Shown here: piece after piece, positions 9,998 through 20,371 of the stretch
Numbering within the stretch: the first letter of the stretch is position 1
Layout of the letters: every line of letters begins with the position of its first letter
Assembly: GCA_963829105.1 (NCBI GenBank)
Contig: CAWHHF010000022.1
Coordinates: 586,196-650,195, forward strand
Direction of reading: 5' to 3'
DNA from: an uncultured Chloroflexia bacterium
GTDB taxonomy: Bacteria; Chloroflexota; Limnocylindria; Limnocylindrales; CSP1-4
Length of the DNA stretch: 64,000 nt
Translations under genes and position numbers: made by a program
The notes under the pieces: model-generated
Database searches by the model: none
What the model was told of the DNA's origin: nothing
What the model saw: only the letters and a program-made list of their open reading frames with translations

Positions 9998-10603
9998 TCA
10001 AGGCCGTACCTCCGCCGTCTCGAGGACGGCGCGCAGTTCGAGGCGGGCGCGGCAGAGGAGTGTGCGCGTGGCGCCCTCGGTCCTCCCGAGGAGCCCCGCG
10101 ACCTCGTGGCCGGAGAAGCCTCGCGCGGCGAGCAGGACGGCGGCACGCCGATCGGGATCAAGCCGGCCCAGGGCGGCGTAGAGCGCCGCGTCCCGCTCCG
10201 AGCGGAGCGCCTCGGACTCCGGCCTCGCGGGCTCGGAGCGGTCGAGGAGGCGTGGCAGGAGGCGACCGAATGCGGCGACCCGGCGGCCCCGGTCGATCGC
10301 CGCGTTGGCAGCGGTCCGGTACAGCCAGGGTCGGACGTCGTCGGGCATCCGCCCGGCGCGGGCCGCGCGGATCAGGCGCAGGAATGTGTCCTGGAGGACG
10401 TCTTCCGCCGTATCCGCGTCGCGGGTCATGCCGACGAGGAACGCGTACAGCTCGCCGCGGCGCTCCCCGTAGATGGCAGCGAACTCCGCCTCGCCGGAGT
10501 ATGCCGCCGGCCGCGCCCGATCGAGGACGGGCGACGGGTCACCCGGGACCGCGGGTGCATGCGATTCACCCGCATGGACCCCGACGACTGCCCGGCCGAT
10601 CAT
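9998..10603 (-). CDS. RNA polymerase sigma-70 factor, ECF subfamily
   Basis: 201 aa with region 2 (DAEDVLQDTFLRLIR...RPWLYRTAANAAID) and region 4 (LLAARGFSGHEVAGLLGRTEGATRTLLCRARLELR). Confidence 0.85.
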   Translation of the reverse strand: MIGRAVVGVHAGESHAPAVPGDPSPVLDRARPAAYSGEAEFAAIYGERRGELYAFLVGMTRDADTAEDVLQDTFLRLIRAARAGRMPDDVRPWLYRTAANAAIDRGRRVAAFGRLLPRLLDRSEPARPESEALRSERDAALYAALGRLDPDRRAAVLLAARGFSGHEVAGLLGRTEGATRTLLCRARLELRAVLETAEVRP

Positions 10604-10873
10604 GTTGGTTCGCTCCGCCCTGAAGGTTGCGATCCGTCAGCACCGTCACCTCCGTGAGCGTACGGGAGGAGGCGAAGCACCCGCCTCACCTGAAACCGGT
10701 GAGACGAGGCCGTCATCCACGCCTGGTCCTCGTGGCGCACGTTGCGAACGAGGCCCAGTCGACCCGTTTCAACCTGGCGGCAACCAGGGAGCGCGCGGTC
10801 GAGATCAAGCGGCTTGCGAGTCGAGATCCCTCAACCAGCTCGGCATGGCAGCCGCCGGTTCGCCGCCCGCCGC

Positions 10874-13054
10874 TCAGGAGTCAAGAAGGCCGAGGGATCG
10901 CGCCTTCTCCACCGCCTCGCTCCGGACGTGGACATCGAGCTTGCGATAGACGGCCGTCACGTGCGAGTGGACGGTCTCTGGAGAGACCAGCAACCGGCGC
11001 GCGATCTCCTTCTCGCTGAGCTCGTTCGGGAGCATCTCGAGGATTCGACGCTCAGCGGTCGTGAGCGGCTCGACCAGCCGCCGCTGCTGGAGCAGGCCGC
11101 GCAGCCGAAGCAACCGGCCGCCGAGCATGCCTCCATCCGGGTACGTCGCGAGCGTGGCAAGACCGTCACGCACCCACCGTTCGGCGGCGTCGGCGTCGCC
11201 GCAGTCGGCGAGTGCCTCGGCCACCATGACCTGGGACGTGAGCACGGGGAAGGGGCCGATCTCCGGGTAGCCGATGAAGTCGGCAACCTCGTCCACCAGT
11301 CCCGTGACAGCGGGTCCTCGATCGTGAGCCTCGAGCCGCACCTGGGCCAGCAGGAGTGGGAAGTGGGGCGGAGCCCATCGCAGCCCCGCGTCGCTGAACC
11401 GTGCGAGGCCTGCCGCCACCTTCGCACGCGCTTCCTTCCAGCGACCCTGGTCTGCCAGCGAGAGCGCCTGCAGCCCGATGGCCGTGATCTGCATGAGGCA
11501 GTGCGCCACCGCACCCGCCTCCTCGCCTGCCCGCAGATGGGGCTCGGCCCGGGTAGAGTCGCCGACGAGCCACAACGCCTGCCCGAGCAGCACCTCTGCC
11601 GCGGCCTGCACGGTCAGATCACCGGACCGGCTCAGGAGGACCGCTTCTTCTCCGCACCGACGCATCTGGCTCACCCCGCCGAGGGCTAGCTCTCCGACGA
11701 GGATCGCCTGCAGCGCGCCCAACGGCATGTTCGTGCCGGGCATCACGTCGTCACCAGGCTTCAGGAGGAGGGCGGCGGCGAGCCAACGTCGAGCCCGCGG
11801 GCGTGAATCGCCCGTCATCGGGGTCGAGTTGCCGGCAATGATGGTGAGCGCCGGGTCGGCAAGGATCTGCTCGTCCGAGAACATCTCCAGCCAGCGGCGA
11901 ATCGTCTCATGGCGTGAGCGACTCGAGTAATCGGCGTGAGCGCGGCAGACGATCAAGCCGGCGCGACGTGCATCGCCCGCAGCCAGCCAGTGTCGGACCG
12001 CCTCGTCCGGCGCCCCGTGCGCCTCGAACCACGCCGCAGCGCGGGCATGGAGCGCGCGCACCTCGGACTCGTTGCCACGCGCCAGCTCAGCCATCAGGAA
12101 GTCGGCGAAGAGGTGGTGGTAGCGGAACCACTCGTCTGCGTCGTCGAGCGCGGTCACGAACAGATTGTCGCGGGCAGCCCTCTGGAGCAACTCCCCGGCC
12201 CTTGGGTTCTCGGTCACCACCCGACAGAGACCTGGCGAGAGCCGCTCAAGGATCGAGGTCTGCAACAGGAAGCGACGCATTTCCGGGGTCTCGCGGTGGA
12301 GGACCTCGGTCGCGAGGTAACGCGCGATACCGTGCCGGTCACCGCGGATGCTCGCCAGCCAGTCGTGTCCCGGCACCTCCGAGCCGGCGAGCACGGCAAG
12401 ATACAGCCCGGCCGCCCAGCCGTCGGTCAACTCAGCGAGGTGGGCCACGGTCGCACTGTCGGCCGGCGCCCCCTGGAGCTCGAGGAAATGGTCGATCTCT
12501 TGCGACGTGAATGCCAGCTCGCGAGGACCAAGCTCGAGCAGCCGCCCCTCCGCGCGAAGACGCGCGAGCGGGAGGAGGGGCTCGACGCGACCCGCGAGGC
12601 ATACCTGAGCGCCTGCTGGTAGCTGGTCGATCACCAGGTTGATCATTCGCCAGCAGGCGGAGTTGCTGACGAGGTGCACGTCGTCGATGACGAGCAGGAA
12701 GGGCTCCGCTGCGGCAACTGCCCCGGCGATGGCCGGCAGGATGCGCGTGGTGACCGGCGGCGGTGCAAGCCGGAACCAGCTCCACACTCGGCGATCGATC
12801 TCGACGATGTCGTCCAGCGCCGACGCGAGGTAGGTCAGGAAGAGCAGCGCATCGTCATCTGCCTCGTCAGCCTGCAGCCACGCGACCGGGCGTGCTTCAG
12901 TCCGCACCCACTGCGCGAGCGTGATGGTCTTGCCGAAGCCGCCGGGCGCAGCGATGACGATGAGAGGCGCGCTGCTGGTGTCGAGCCTGCGGATGACGCT
13001 TTCGCGACGGACGAGCCGAAGCCGCGGGTAGGGGCGGTCGAAGGCGCGACTCGA
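10874..13054 (-). CDS. MalT-like (LAL family) ATP-dependent LuxR transcriptional regulator, whose N-terminus is interrupted by an in-frame TGA
   Basis: ORF 10874..12907 (677 aa): Walker B LLVIDDVHLV, MalT-like central region, C-terminal LuxR HTH (LTTAERRILEMLPNELSEKEIARRLLVSPETVHSHVTAVYRKL). Upstream in the same frame, with no start codon, lie SRAFDRPYPRLRLVRRESVIRRLDTSSAPLIVIAAPGGFGKTITLAQW (Walker A). This is preceded directly by TGA (13055-13057). Confidence 0.75.
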   Translation of the reverse strand, partial: SSRAFDRPYPRLRLVRRESVIRRLDTSSAPLIVIAAPGGFGKTITLAQWVRTEARPVAWLQADEADDDALLFLTYLASALDDIVEIDRRVWSWFRLAPPPVTTRILPAIAGAVAAAEPFLLVIDDVHLVSNSACWRMINLVIDQLPAGAQVCLAGRVEPLLPLARLRAEGRLLELGPRELAFTSQEIDHFLELQGAPADSATVAHLAELTDGWAAGLYLAVLAGSEVPGHDWLASIRGDRHGIARYLATEVLHRETPEMRRFLLQTSILERLSPGLCRVVTENPRAGELLQRAARDNLFVTALDDADEWFRYHHLFADFLMAELARGNESEVRALHARAAAWFEAHGAPDEAVRHWLAAGDARRAGLIVCRAHADYSSRSRHETIRRWLEMFSDEQILADPALTIIAGNSTPMTGDSRPRARRWLAAALLLKPGDDVMPGTNMPLGALQAILVGELALGGVSQMRRCGEEAVLLSRSGDLTVQAAAEVLLGQALWLVGDSTRAEPHLRAGEEAGAVAHCLMQITAIGLQALSLADQGRWKEARAKVAAGLARFSDAGLRWAPPHFPLLLAQVRLEAHDRGPAVTGLVDEVADFIGYPEIGPFPVLTSQVMVAEALADCGDADAAERWVRDGLATLATYPDGGMLGGRLLRLRGLLQQRRLVEPLTTAERRILEMLPNELSEKEIARRLLVSPETVHSHVTAVYRKLDVHVRSEAVEKARSLGLLDS

Positions 13055-13300
13055 TCAGCGAAGGGCCAGGCGATCGACCTGCTCCCCGTCGGCCGGCTCC
13101 AGCATGCGACGGCGAGCGACGCCCATGAAACCTCGCTTGGGACGCGCGTGCGACCTGCGCCCAGGAATGATACCGATTGGTGAAGTGCGTCGGGCGGCCG
13201 AAACCAAGACGACTCGACTTCGACGATCTCCCGAACCCTCCACTCTTGCGATAGTCGGGCTCGGCCAGCCTGATCGACGGTCCGACGTCCGGGTTGGCGC

Positions 13301-13420
13301 TCAGAATCTCGATGTCGCCACCAGCGACCACGCGAAGAGGTGCTCGAACCCGGTCTCGTCGGGCCCCGCGACGTACCCATCGAGCGAGACCGTCGCGCCG
13401 GCTGAGACCTTGCCCATGGA
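13301..13420 (-). pseudogene. remnant of a RibD-C/DHFR-like gene (N-terminal about 35 aa only)
   Basis: MGKVSAGATVSLDGYVAGPDETGFEHLFAWSLVA then stop. This matches the N-terminus of the DHFR-family protein at 22846-23412 but is truncated. Confidence 0.4.
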
Positions 13421-13499
13421 TGGTCCTCCTGCCTGGGTGGCCAGTGCCCATCCCCTTGTTTCAGCAAGCGTCGGGATGTAGCGCCGGGTCGGGTTATCG

Positions 13500-14155
13500 T
13501 GGTCAGCCGAACCAGAACCGCAGGGCCTCGTCATCGAGAGGCGTCCAGGAGGCAGGCGGGAGCCCAGGATCCGCTCGAACGCCTCGCCGTAGGCCGCGAG
13601 CGTGCGGCTGGCGCTGTCGAAGGACACCGTTCCCGCGCGCCGGGCCAGGAACAGCCCGATGGCGACCTCGTTCAACGCGAGCATGAGCGACGTGATGACA
13701 CTTGCCGTCCCCTCCGGGTCGGTCAGCGAGAAGGACCCGCCGGCTGCACCTCACGCAAAATGTCGATGAGCACCGGGGTCAGGCGGACCGCAGTGGCGGT
13801 GCGCATCTGCTCGACGACGATCCTGTTGTCAGCGGAGAACCACGTCTGCAGGGACTTCGCGATGGCCTCGGGCTGGTATTCGGGCCGCTCGACCTTCCAC
13901 TCGTAGATCCCCCCGAAGATCCCCTTGATCTTCTGGAGGGGCATCAAGGCCGGATCCGTCGCGATGGGTGCCACCGCGCTCGTGACCTCGTGCACGGTGC
14001 GTTCGACGACGGCGGCGAGGAGCGCAGCCTTGGAGTCGAAGTAGTGCTGGAACGCGCCCTTGGAGGCCCCGACCTCCTCGGTGACATCCTGGATGCTCAG
14101 CCGCTAGGAGCCCTTCTCACGGACGAGTCTGACGGCGGCGTCGACGAACGCGTCG
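13500..14155 (-). pseudogene. TetR family regulator with in-frame TAG (and probably a 3' frameshift)
   Basis: Minus-strand translation: MVRTVYPAAYAARRDAFVDAAVRLVREKGS*RLSIQDVTEEVGASKGAFQHY (TetR HTH, TAG where Tyr/Phe is expected). It continues ...VRLTPVLIDILREVQP... and ...LMLALNEVAIGLFLARR.... Confidence 0.55.
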
Positions 14156-14278
14156 CGCCGAGCCGCGTATGCCGCTGGATAGACAGTGCGGACCATGGCG
14201 CGAATGATAATCCGGCGGACGGCTTATCATCAACGCAGCCAATTGGGCGCTCCTTCCGTCCTCATGAGGTGTCCACCC

Positions 14279-14757
14279 ATGGACTCGACCGTCGCGGCCA
14301 TCTACGCCTTGGGCGCGATCGCGGTCTGGGTCGGCCTGGTGGTGATGCTGCATTTCCTGGAGCCGGAGTTCGACTCTCCTGGCGGATGCTGAGCGAGTAC
14401 TCGCTTGGACGGTACGGCGTGTTGATGCGGGTGGCCTTCATCGCGGGCGGCACCAGCGTGATCGCGGTCGCCGGTGCGCTCTCGGGGTCCGCCTGGCCGT
14501 GGAGTCTCGGCCTCGTGCTCGTTGCGATCGGCCCGATCGATGCCGCGTCCCGACACCGATCTGGTCACCGATCCGGGCCGACGTCGAGGGAAGCAACATG
14601 CACGCGCGCTTGGATCGCTGTTCATCCTCGGCTTCTCGGTGGCGGCGACTGTGGTGGGTATCGCCGCAGCGGGCAGCGCCGCTTTCGGGTCGGTTCTGGT
14701 CTGGGTGTGGTCGCGCTCTGGATCGCGCTCGCGTGGTTTCTCGGGTCGATCGATTAG
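14279..14757 (+). CDS. DUF998-like integral membrane protein, frameshifted
   Basis: MDSTVAAIYALGAIAVWVGLVVMLHFLEPEFD (ORF 14186 frame), then in another frame SWRMLSEYSLGRYGVLMRVAFIAGGTSVIAVAGAL.... A third frame carries further TM segments. Confidence 0.5.
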
Positions 14758-15104
14758 ATACGCGCAGCTGGACGGGGTTGGGTCGCCGCTCGTTTAGATC
14801 GGCTGGTCGAACCGCGTGAGCATGCTCGTGTATCTCGGCTGGGTGGTATTGGTCGCGGTGACGATGCTTCGGTGATCTGCTCCGGTCACGTTGGACGTAG
14901 CAGGTGGCTGAGGTCGGCGCGCTGGGCTTCGGCGTCTCGAGGGTATAAACGTAGTGGTGGACAACTGCGCGGTGGTCGGCGGCGAGCGTAGGACAGTGCT
15001 GCGGGGAGGGTTACGTCGGCGGTTACGGCGTCGAGCAGGCTGAAGTGGGTCGGGTCTCCTCCGGTTTCCTTCGTGGAATCACGAGGACCCGAGCGCGCGT
15101 CCAG

Positions 15105-15629
15105 TCAGCGCGCGAAACGCCAGCGGGTGGCACCGTACGGCTCGGCGGTCGCAACCGCCGTCGCCAGGTCGAACACGAACCGATACAGGTGCCAGGGCGG
15201 GGGACCGGCGCTCGGCGCGCTGTAGGGACCAACGAAGAGCGCACCCTCGACCTCGACCGGCCACCCGCCAGCCCGGAATACCTCCGCGACCCTGCCGACG
15301 AGCCCGGCGTCGTTGACGCGGGTCGACCGGCCCTCGAGGATCAGGTCGATGCCGGCGAGGCGCGCCGAGATGGTGCAGGCCGGGTTTGCCGCGAGGTCGC
15401 GGGCCTTGCGCGTTGCCGGGCCGCTATTGAAGTAGAGGTCTCCCTCGAACCAGACGGCGCCGACACCAGCGGCGTGCGGCATGGCGTTCGGACCGATGGT
15501 CCCGAGGAAGAACGTCACGCTCGGGCCGAGCGAACCGACTGCGAGGATGTCTCGAGGTCGGCGCCACGGGAGAGGCGCGGATCCGTACCGGTCGAGGTTG
15601 GTCGTGGCGACGGGTTGTCGCTCACTCAT
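15105..15629 (-). CDS. pyridoxamine 5'-phosphate oxidase family (FMN-binding split-barrel) protein
   Basis: 174 aa intact ORF. ...LAVGSLGPSVTFFLGTIGPNA...VWFEGDLYFNSGPATRKARDLAANPACTISA is the PNPOx-like pattern. Confidence 0.65.
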   Translation of the reverse strand: MSERQPVATTNLDRYGSAPLPWRRPRDILAVGSLGPSVTFFLGTIGPNAMPHAAGVGAVWFEGDLYFNSGPATRKARDLAANPACTISARLAGIDLILEGRSTRVNDAGLVGRVAEVFRAGGWPVEVEGALFVGPYSAPSAGPPPWHLYRFVFDLATAVATAEPYGATRWRFAR

Positions 15630-15839
15630 GGCGTGCCTCCGGTCTGGATGGGTGCGTGCGGCGGCAGCGTCTCATGACTCGACCATCGGCGCCGACGCGG
15701 GACTTGTCAGGGCGGAGGTAGGGCAAGGATCCGGTGGCACGGCATCAGGCGTGCGGCCTGGGCTGATGCACATCCGGCGCGCGGCGGACTGACGGCGGCA
15801 TGGATCACCGCCGATCCGGCGTTCCTAACCGAAGGGGCT

Positions 15840-16030
15840 TGTGGTTATACTGCCGGGTATGAAGACGGCCTATGTTTAGTATATAGGAGGCTATGACACG
15901 CGGTAGAACTCTGGTTGCTGAGACTACGCTGAGTCACTGGCAAGATTGACTCGCTTGATAGCGGTCGCAGTTTCTTGATACCTTGTCTCATTTCTGCCTC
16001 TGGACGCATCTATAGGGTATGAACGGCCAG
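15840..16030. other. low-GC island (about 45-50% GC in a 70% GC background)
   Basis: tatactgccgggtatgaagacggcctatgtttagtatataggaggctatgacacg...ttgataccttgtctcatttctgcc. It sits between the PPOX-like gene and the decayed ECF sigma. No ORF. Confidence 0.5.
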
Positions 16031-16039
16031 TCGATGGGC

Positions 16040-16558
16040 AGTCACGACAGTCGCCACCACGGTGGCGCTCGCGGGGGCAAGAGAAGAAGCGGTTTTCGCT
16101 TAGCTAGTCGCCTCCTACCACGCGGACATGGTGCGTGTCGCCTACGTGGCCTGCGGTGACCGCGACCTGGCGGACGACGCGGTCCAGGCGGCCTGGCTCA
16201 TGCCTGGCGCAAGCTGCACACGCTGCGGGACCCGGACCGGGTCCGCTCGTGGCTGCTCGCGGTGGCCGCGAACGAGGCTCGCCAGCTCGTCCGCCGAGGC
16301 CACGGCCCGGTCGTCGAGCTCGATGTCGCGGCGCCCGGCGACCCGCTTGGCGACCCGGCGACCGGCGTCGACCGCCTCGACCTCCGCCGGGCGCTCGCCC
16401 GGCTCACGCCCGACGACCGCACGCTCCGCGCCATGCGCTAGGCCGTCGATCTCAGCCCGGACGAGCTCGCGGCGGCCGTCGGCACCTCGGCGTCCACTGT
16501 TCGAAAGCGCCAGTCGCGGGCGATCGACCGCCTGAGAAAGGAGCTCGACGATGTCTGA
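16040..16558 (+). pseudogene. ECF sigma factor disrupted by 2 in-frame TAG codons and 1 or more frameshifts
   Basis: AGAREEAVFA*LVASYHADMVRVAYVACGDRDLADDAVQAAWLM, then (frame shift) AWRKLHTLRDPDRVRSWLLAVAANEARQLVRR...LARLTPDDRTLRAMR*AVDLSPDELAAAVGTSASTVRKRQSRAIDRLRKEL (regions 2 and 4). Confidence 0.65.
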
Positions 16559-17877
16559 GCTCGACGTCTTCGAGCTCGACTTCGCCGCAGCCTATCGCGC
16601 GTACCTGGAGGAAGCGCCGTCGAAGGCACGACCGTGCGCGGTCGCCGGGCGGGTCGCGGCGGCGTACCCCCACCGGCGATCCGGCTGGCCCGGTGGGGCT
16701 TCGGGCGGACGCCGGCGATGGCCCGGGTCATGCTGCTCGCCGGCCTGCTCCTCGCGCTCGTCGTCGGGGGCTGGTGGTCGGGGTCCTGGCAGCGCGGACC
16801 AGCTGTCGTGATCGCGCGCAGATCGCCGACCCAGCCACCTCGAATGTTGGGAAGCCAGCGACGGCCGGCTCGATGACGACGCGCTCGCGCCGGCCACACC
16901 GCCACGCTGCTCCCCGACGGCCGCGTCCTCATCGCCGGGGGGCGGCGATGCCACCGAGGCTCGCGCTCGCCTCGGCCGAGCTGTACGACCCGAAGACCGG
17001 CACGTTCAGCCCGACCGGCTCGATGACCGACCGCTCGCGGCAGGCCACACCGCCACGCTGCTCGCCGACGGCCGCGTCCTCATCGCCGGGGGGGCGACGG
17101 CTCGAGGCTTCGCTCGCCTCGGCCGAGCTGTACGACCCGGAGACCGGCACCTTCAGCCCGACGGGCTCGATGACGACCGGCTCGCGGCGGCCACACGGCC
17201 ACCCTGCTCGCCGACGGCCGCGTCCTCGATCGCCGGAGGGCGGTGTCGCCGACGGCTCCGCTCGCCTCGGCCGAGCTGTACGACCCGAAGACCGGCACCT
17301 TCAGCCCGACCGGCTCGATGACGACCGCTCGCGCGAGTCCACACGGCCACGCTGCTCGCCGACGGCCGCGTCCTCATCGCCGGGGGCGTCGGACGCCGGA
17401 CGGCTTCGCTCGCCTCGGCCGAGCTGTACGACCCGAAGACCGGCACCTTCAGCCCGACCGGCTCGATGAGCGACCGCTCGCGACGGCCACACGGCCACGC
17501 TGCTCCCCGACGGCCGGGTCCTCATCGCCGGAGGCGTCGACGGCCGGTCTCGCCATCGGCCGAGCTGTACGACCCGAAGACCGGCACGCTTCAGCCCGAC
17601 CGGCTCGATGGCGACCACTCGCGAGCGCCACACGGCGACGCTGCTCTCCGACGGCCGCGTCCTCATCGCCGGGGGCATCCGCGACTTCTGGGAGGGGATC
17701 TACGCCACCGCCGAGCTGTACGACCCGACGACCGGCGCCTTCGGCCCGACGGGCTCGATGACGACCACTCGCGCGTGGCACACGGCGACGCTGCTCGCCG
17801 ACGGCCGCGTCCTCGTCACCGGGGGCAGCGACGGCTCGGAGACGCTCGCCTCGGCCGACGTATTCGTTCCGTAGACC
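16551..17877 (+). pseudogene. anti-sigma factor with TM segment and extracytoplasmic 7-blade Kelch-type beta-propeller, heavily frameshifted
   Basis: The ATG overlaps the sigma stop. MSELDVFELDFAAAYRAYLEE..., a TM segment VMLLAGLLLALVVGGWW, then 7 tandem units [39 protein letters not shown] scattered over all three frames. Confidence 0.55.
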
Positions 17878-17900
17878 GGGACCTTCGGCCCGGCGGGGCC
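16860..17900. repeat. tandem DNA repeat, about 147 bp period, 7 copies (Kelch blade-encoding)
   Basis: Near-identical units start at about 16966, 17113, 17264, 17411, 17556, 17706 and 17850 (gctcgcctcggccgagctgtacgacccgaagaccggcaccttcagcccgaccggctcgatgacgacc...). They contain G-homopolymers up to 8 nt. Confidence 0.8.
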
Positions 17901-17959
17901 ATAGGCATCGAGGGCTCTGCGGTTCTCACGGATCAGCTGAACGAATCGAGGCGGAGACC

Positions 17960-19286
17960 ATGATGCAGTTGTCGCGTCACTCGGGCATCTTCCCGGCTCT
18001 ACTACTGGCGGCAAGCACGGCGCTCGGCGGCTGTTCGGGCGGGTCACCCGCGGGAACCGCGAGTCCTGCGGGATCCGCGAGCAGTCGCCCTCGCGAGCAG
18101 CCCGCCTCCGCCCGCGGCAACGGCAACCCCCGCCGCCACGCCCGCCGCGTCGCCATCGTCCCCGTCCGCCGTGGGATGCGCCAAACGACGCGGCCCTGCC
18201 CGACGCGACGGCCTCGAAGCTGCAGGGGCTGCTGGACGGGTGGGCGTCCACCCACGGTGTGATCGGGCTGTCCGCGGCCGTGGTCACCCCGACGGGTTCG
18301 TGGGCCGGCGCCACCGGCGTGGATGCAGCGGGCACGGCCATCAAGCCCACGTCTGCATTCGCGATCGCGGACATCACCATGACGTTCGTCGGAGCCGAGG
18401 TCCTGCTCCTGGCCTCCGGGGGGAAGATCGACCTCGATGCGCCCGTGACCACGTACGTGACCCTGCCGTTCGCGACGAACGGCGCCACGATCCGCCAGCT
18501 GGCCACGATGACGAGCGGCTTCCCCGGTCTGCCCGCGACTGGCCTCCTCGCCAAGCAGGTCCCCAAGGACCTGTCCATGCGTGGACCGCCGCGGAGCTCG
18601 TCGCCCTCGCCAAGGACGAGCCGCGGCTGGGGACCGTCGGCGGTCCCGGCGTGTACAACGGGCTCAACTACGTCGTGCTCGGGATGGTCATCGAGAAGGT
18701 GACCGGCAAGCCGCTGGCCACCGTGCTGCGCCGCGACCTCCTCGCCCCCGCCGGGCTGGACCGGATCTGGATGCAGGCCGCCGAGCAGCCGCAGCCGCCG
18801 CTGACCGTCGCCACGGATCGCACCGGCGCCAAGGTCGTCGACCCGGCCAGCGGCTACCTGCCGTCGCTCGCCTTGGCCTCCACGGGGCAGGGCGGGGCCG
18901 GCATGGCCGCCGACGCGCCGAGCCTGGCGCGATGGGGCTATCTCCTCTACGGCGGCCGCATCATCAGCGGCGACCTGGTCGCGACGATGACCACCAAGGT
19001 CACCGACACGGCGTATGGCGCCTACGGCTTCGGGACCATGGTCGTCGACCTCGATGGCCAGACCATCGTCGGGCACCCGGGCGACGACCTGCAGTACTCC
19101 TCCATCCTCCTGGTCTGGCCGAGCACCAGGACGGCCGTGGCTGTGCTGGCGCCGTCGCCCGGGAAGACCGTGGACCACACGCTCCCCGATTGCGCGCTCA
19201 GCGCTGTACCAGCAGCTGCTCGGCGGGTGACCTGCTCGATCTGGACCGACGACAGAACGGCCCGCCGGGCTCCGACCCATCCGTGA
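17960..19286 (+). CDS. serine hydrolase / beta-lactamase-family lipoprotein, 2 or more frameshifts
   Basis: Signal peptide plus lipobox ([14 protein letters not shown]) in frame A. The beta-lactamase fold ([33 protein letters not shown]...[14 protein letters not shown]...) is in frame B (18259 ORF). The C-terminal half ([19 protein letters not shown]...[22 protein letters not shown]) is in frame C (ORF 18171..19286). Confidence 0.6.
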
Positions 19287-19359
19287 GCAGCAGGCGGCCC
19301 GCAGGTCGCGACGTGCGTCCAGGGTCACTGCAGCTACGCTACGGTCGTGCTGAGCGACA

Positions 19360-20206
19360 GTGACGCACGCGCTGCTGACCACGGCCGGCGGCGGTGCGCC
19401 GGCGCTATCGGTCAAGAACCTCTCGAAGCAGTTCGGCGATCGCGTCGCGCTCGACGACGTCTCCTTCGAGGTCGGGTCGCGGGGAGGTCTTCGGCTTCCT
19501 CGGTCCCAACGGCGCCGGAAAGACGACCGCGGTGCGGACCCTCGGCACGCTCCTCGCGCCGACCTCGGGCTCGGCCACGGTTGCCGGGCTGCCGCTGACC
19601 CCGGAGAACGGTGTCGAGATCAGGCGGCGGATCGCGATCATGCCGGAGTCGCCGGGCCTCTACCTGCGCCTGACCGTCCTCGAGAACCTCGAGTGCTTCG
19701 CCGACCTCTACGAGCTGCCCGACGCGCGAGACCGCATCGAGCGCGCCCTGCGCGCCGTGGGCCTGACGGATCGAGCACGGCGATCCCGTGCGGCACGCTG
19801 TCGAAGGGCCTCCGCCAGCGAGCTGCCCTGGCCCGGGCCCTGCTGAGCGACCCCGAAGTGCTGTTCCTCGACGAGCCGACCGCCGGGCCTCGACCCGGTC
19901 GCGGCTCGCGAGGTCCACGAGCTGATCGACGGCCTCCGGGAGCGTGGCGTGACGATCTTCCTCACGACCCATCGGCTCGAGGAGGCAGAGCGGCTCTGCG
20001 ACCGCGTCGCCATCCTGAACACGACCCTGCGAACGATCGGTCGTCCCGACGAACTCCGCGAGCAGGCTGTTCACCAAGGCGCTCGCGGTCCGGACCGCTC
20101 GCGCCGCTCCCCGAGCCGGACGCGCGTCTTCGGCGGCCTGCCGGCGGTCGAGGGCTGGCGGCAGGATGGCCGCGCCGGCTACGACGTTGACGGTGTCCGA
20201 CCCTGA
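19360..20206 (+). CDS. ABC transporter ATP-binding protein, frameshifted (3 frames)
   Basis: [23 protein letters not shown] / [25 protein letters not shown] (Walker A) / [30 protein letters not shown] (signature and Walker B) / [23 protein letters not shown] are spread over ORFs 19360, 19394 and 19949. Confidence 0.7.
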
Positions 20207-20371
20207 GGCGTCGCTGCGCCGGGCGTCACTCGGGCCCTCGTGGCGGCGGGCGCCGACGTGCTCTCGATCAGCGAGTCGCACCACTCGCTCGAGGACGTCT
20301 ACCTCGAGCTGATCGACGAGGACCCGGAGGCGCCCCCGCGATGAGGATGAGCGCGACGGCGCATCCGGGCC

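Noticed and set aside
13055-13243. 62-aa ORF (MEGSGDRR...MLEPADGEQVDRLALR) as an independent small gene
   Set aside because: It is in the same frame as, and directly upstream of, the MalT-like N-terminus, separated only by TGA. Most likely it is the native 5' end region of that gene, not a separate CDS.
6998-16440. Recurrent in-frame TAG codons at conserved sense positions (FN3 6998; TetR about 14062; sigma about 16095 and 16438): possible amber reassignment or suppression?
   Set aside because: TAG also terminates intact genes here (for example 5076-5078, 54953-54955). The expected residues differ (Tyr, Tyr, Glu, unknown), and frameshifts co-occur in the same genes. Point errors or pseudogenisation are more parsimonious than recoding.
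16860-17900. Regularly spaced direct repeats: a CRISPR array?
   Set aside because: The period is 147 bp with no unique spacers between short repeats. The whole unit is repeated and is coding (Kelch blades). There are no cas genes.
17700-19415. 571-aa minus-strand ORF across the Kelch repeats and the beta-lactamase-like gene
   Set aside because: Antisense artefact. The plus strand carries a recognisable (though frameshifted) signal peptide and serine-hydrolase fold.
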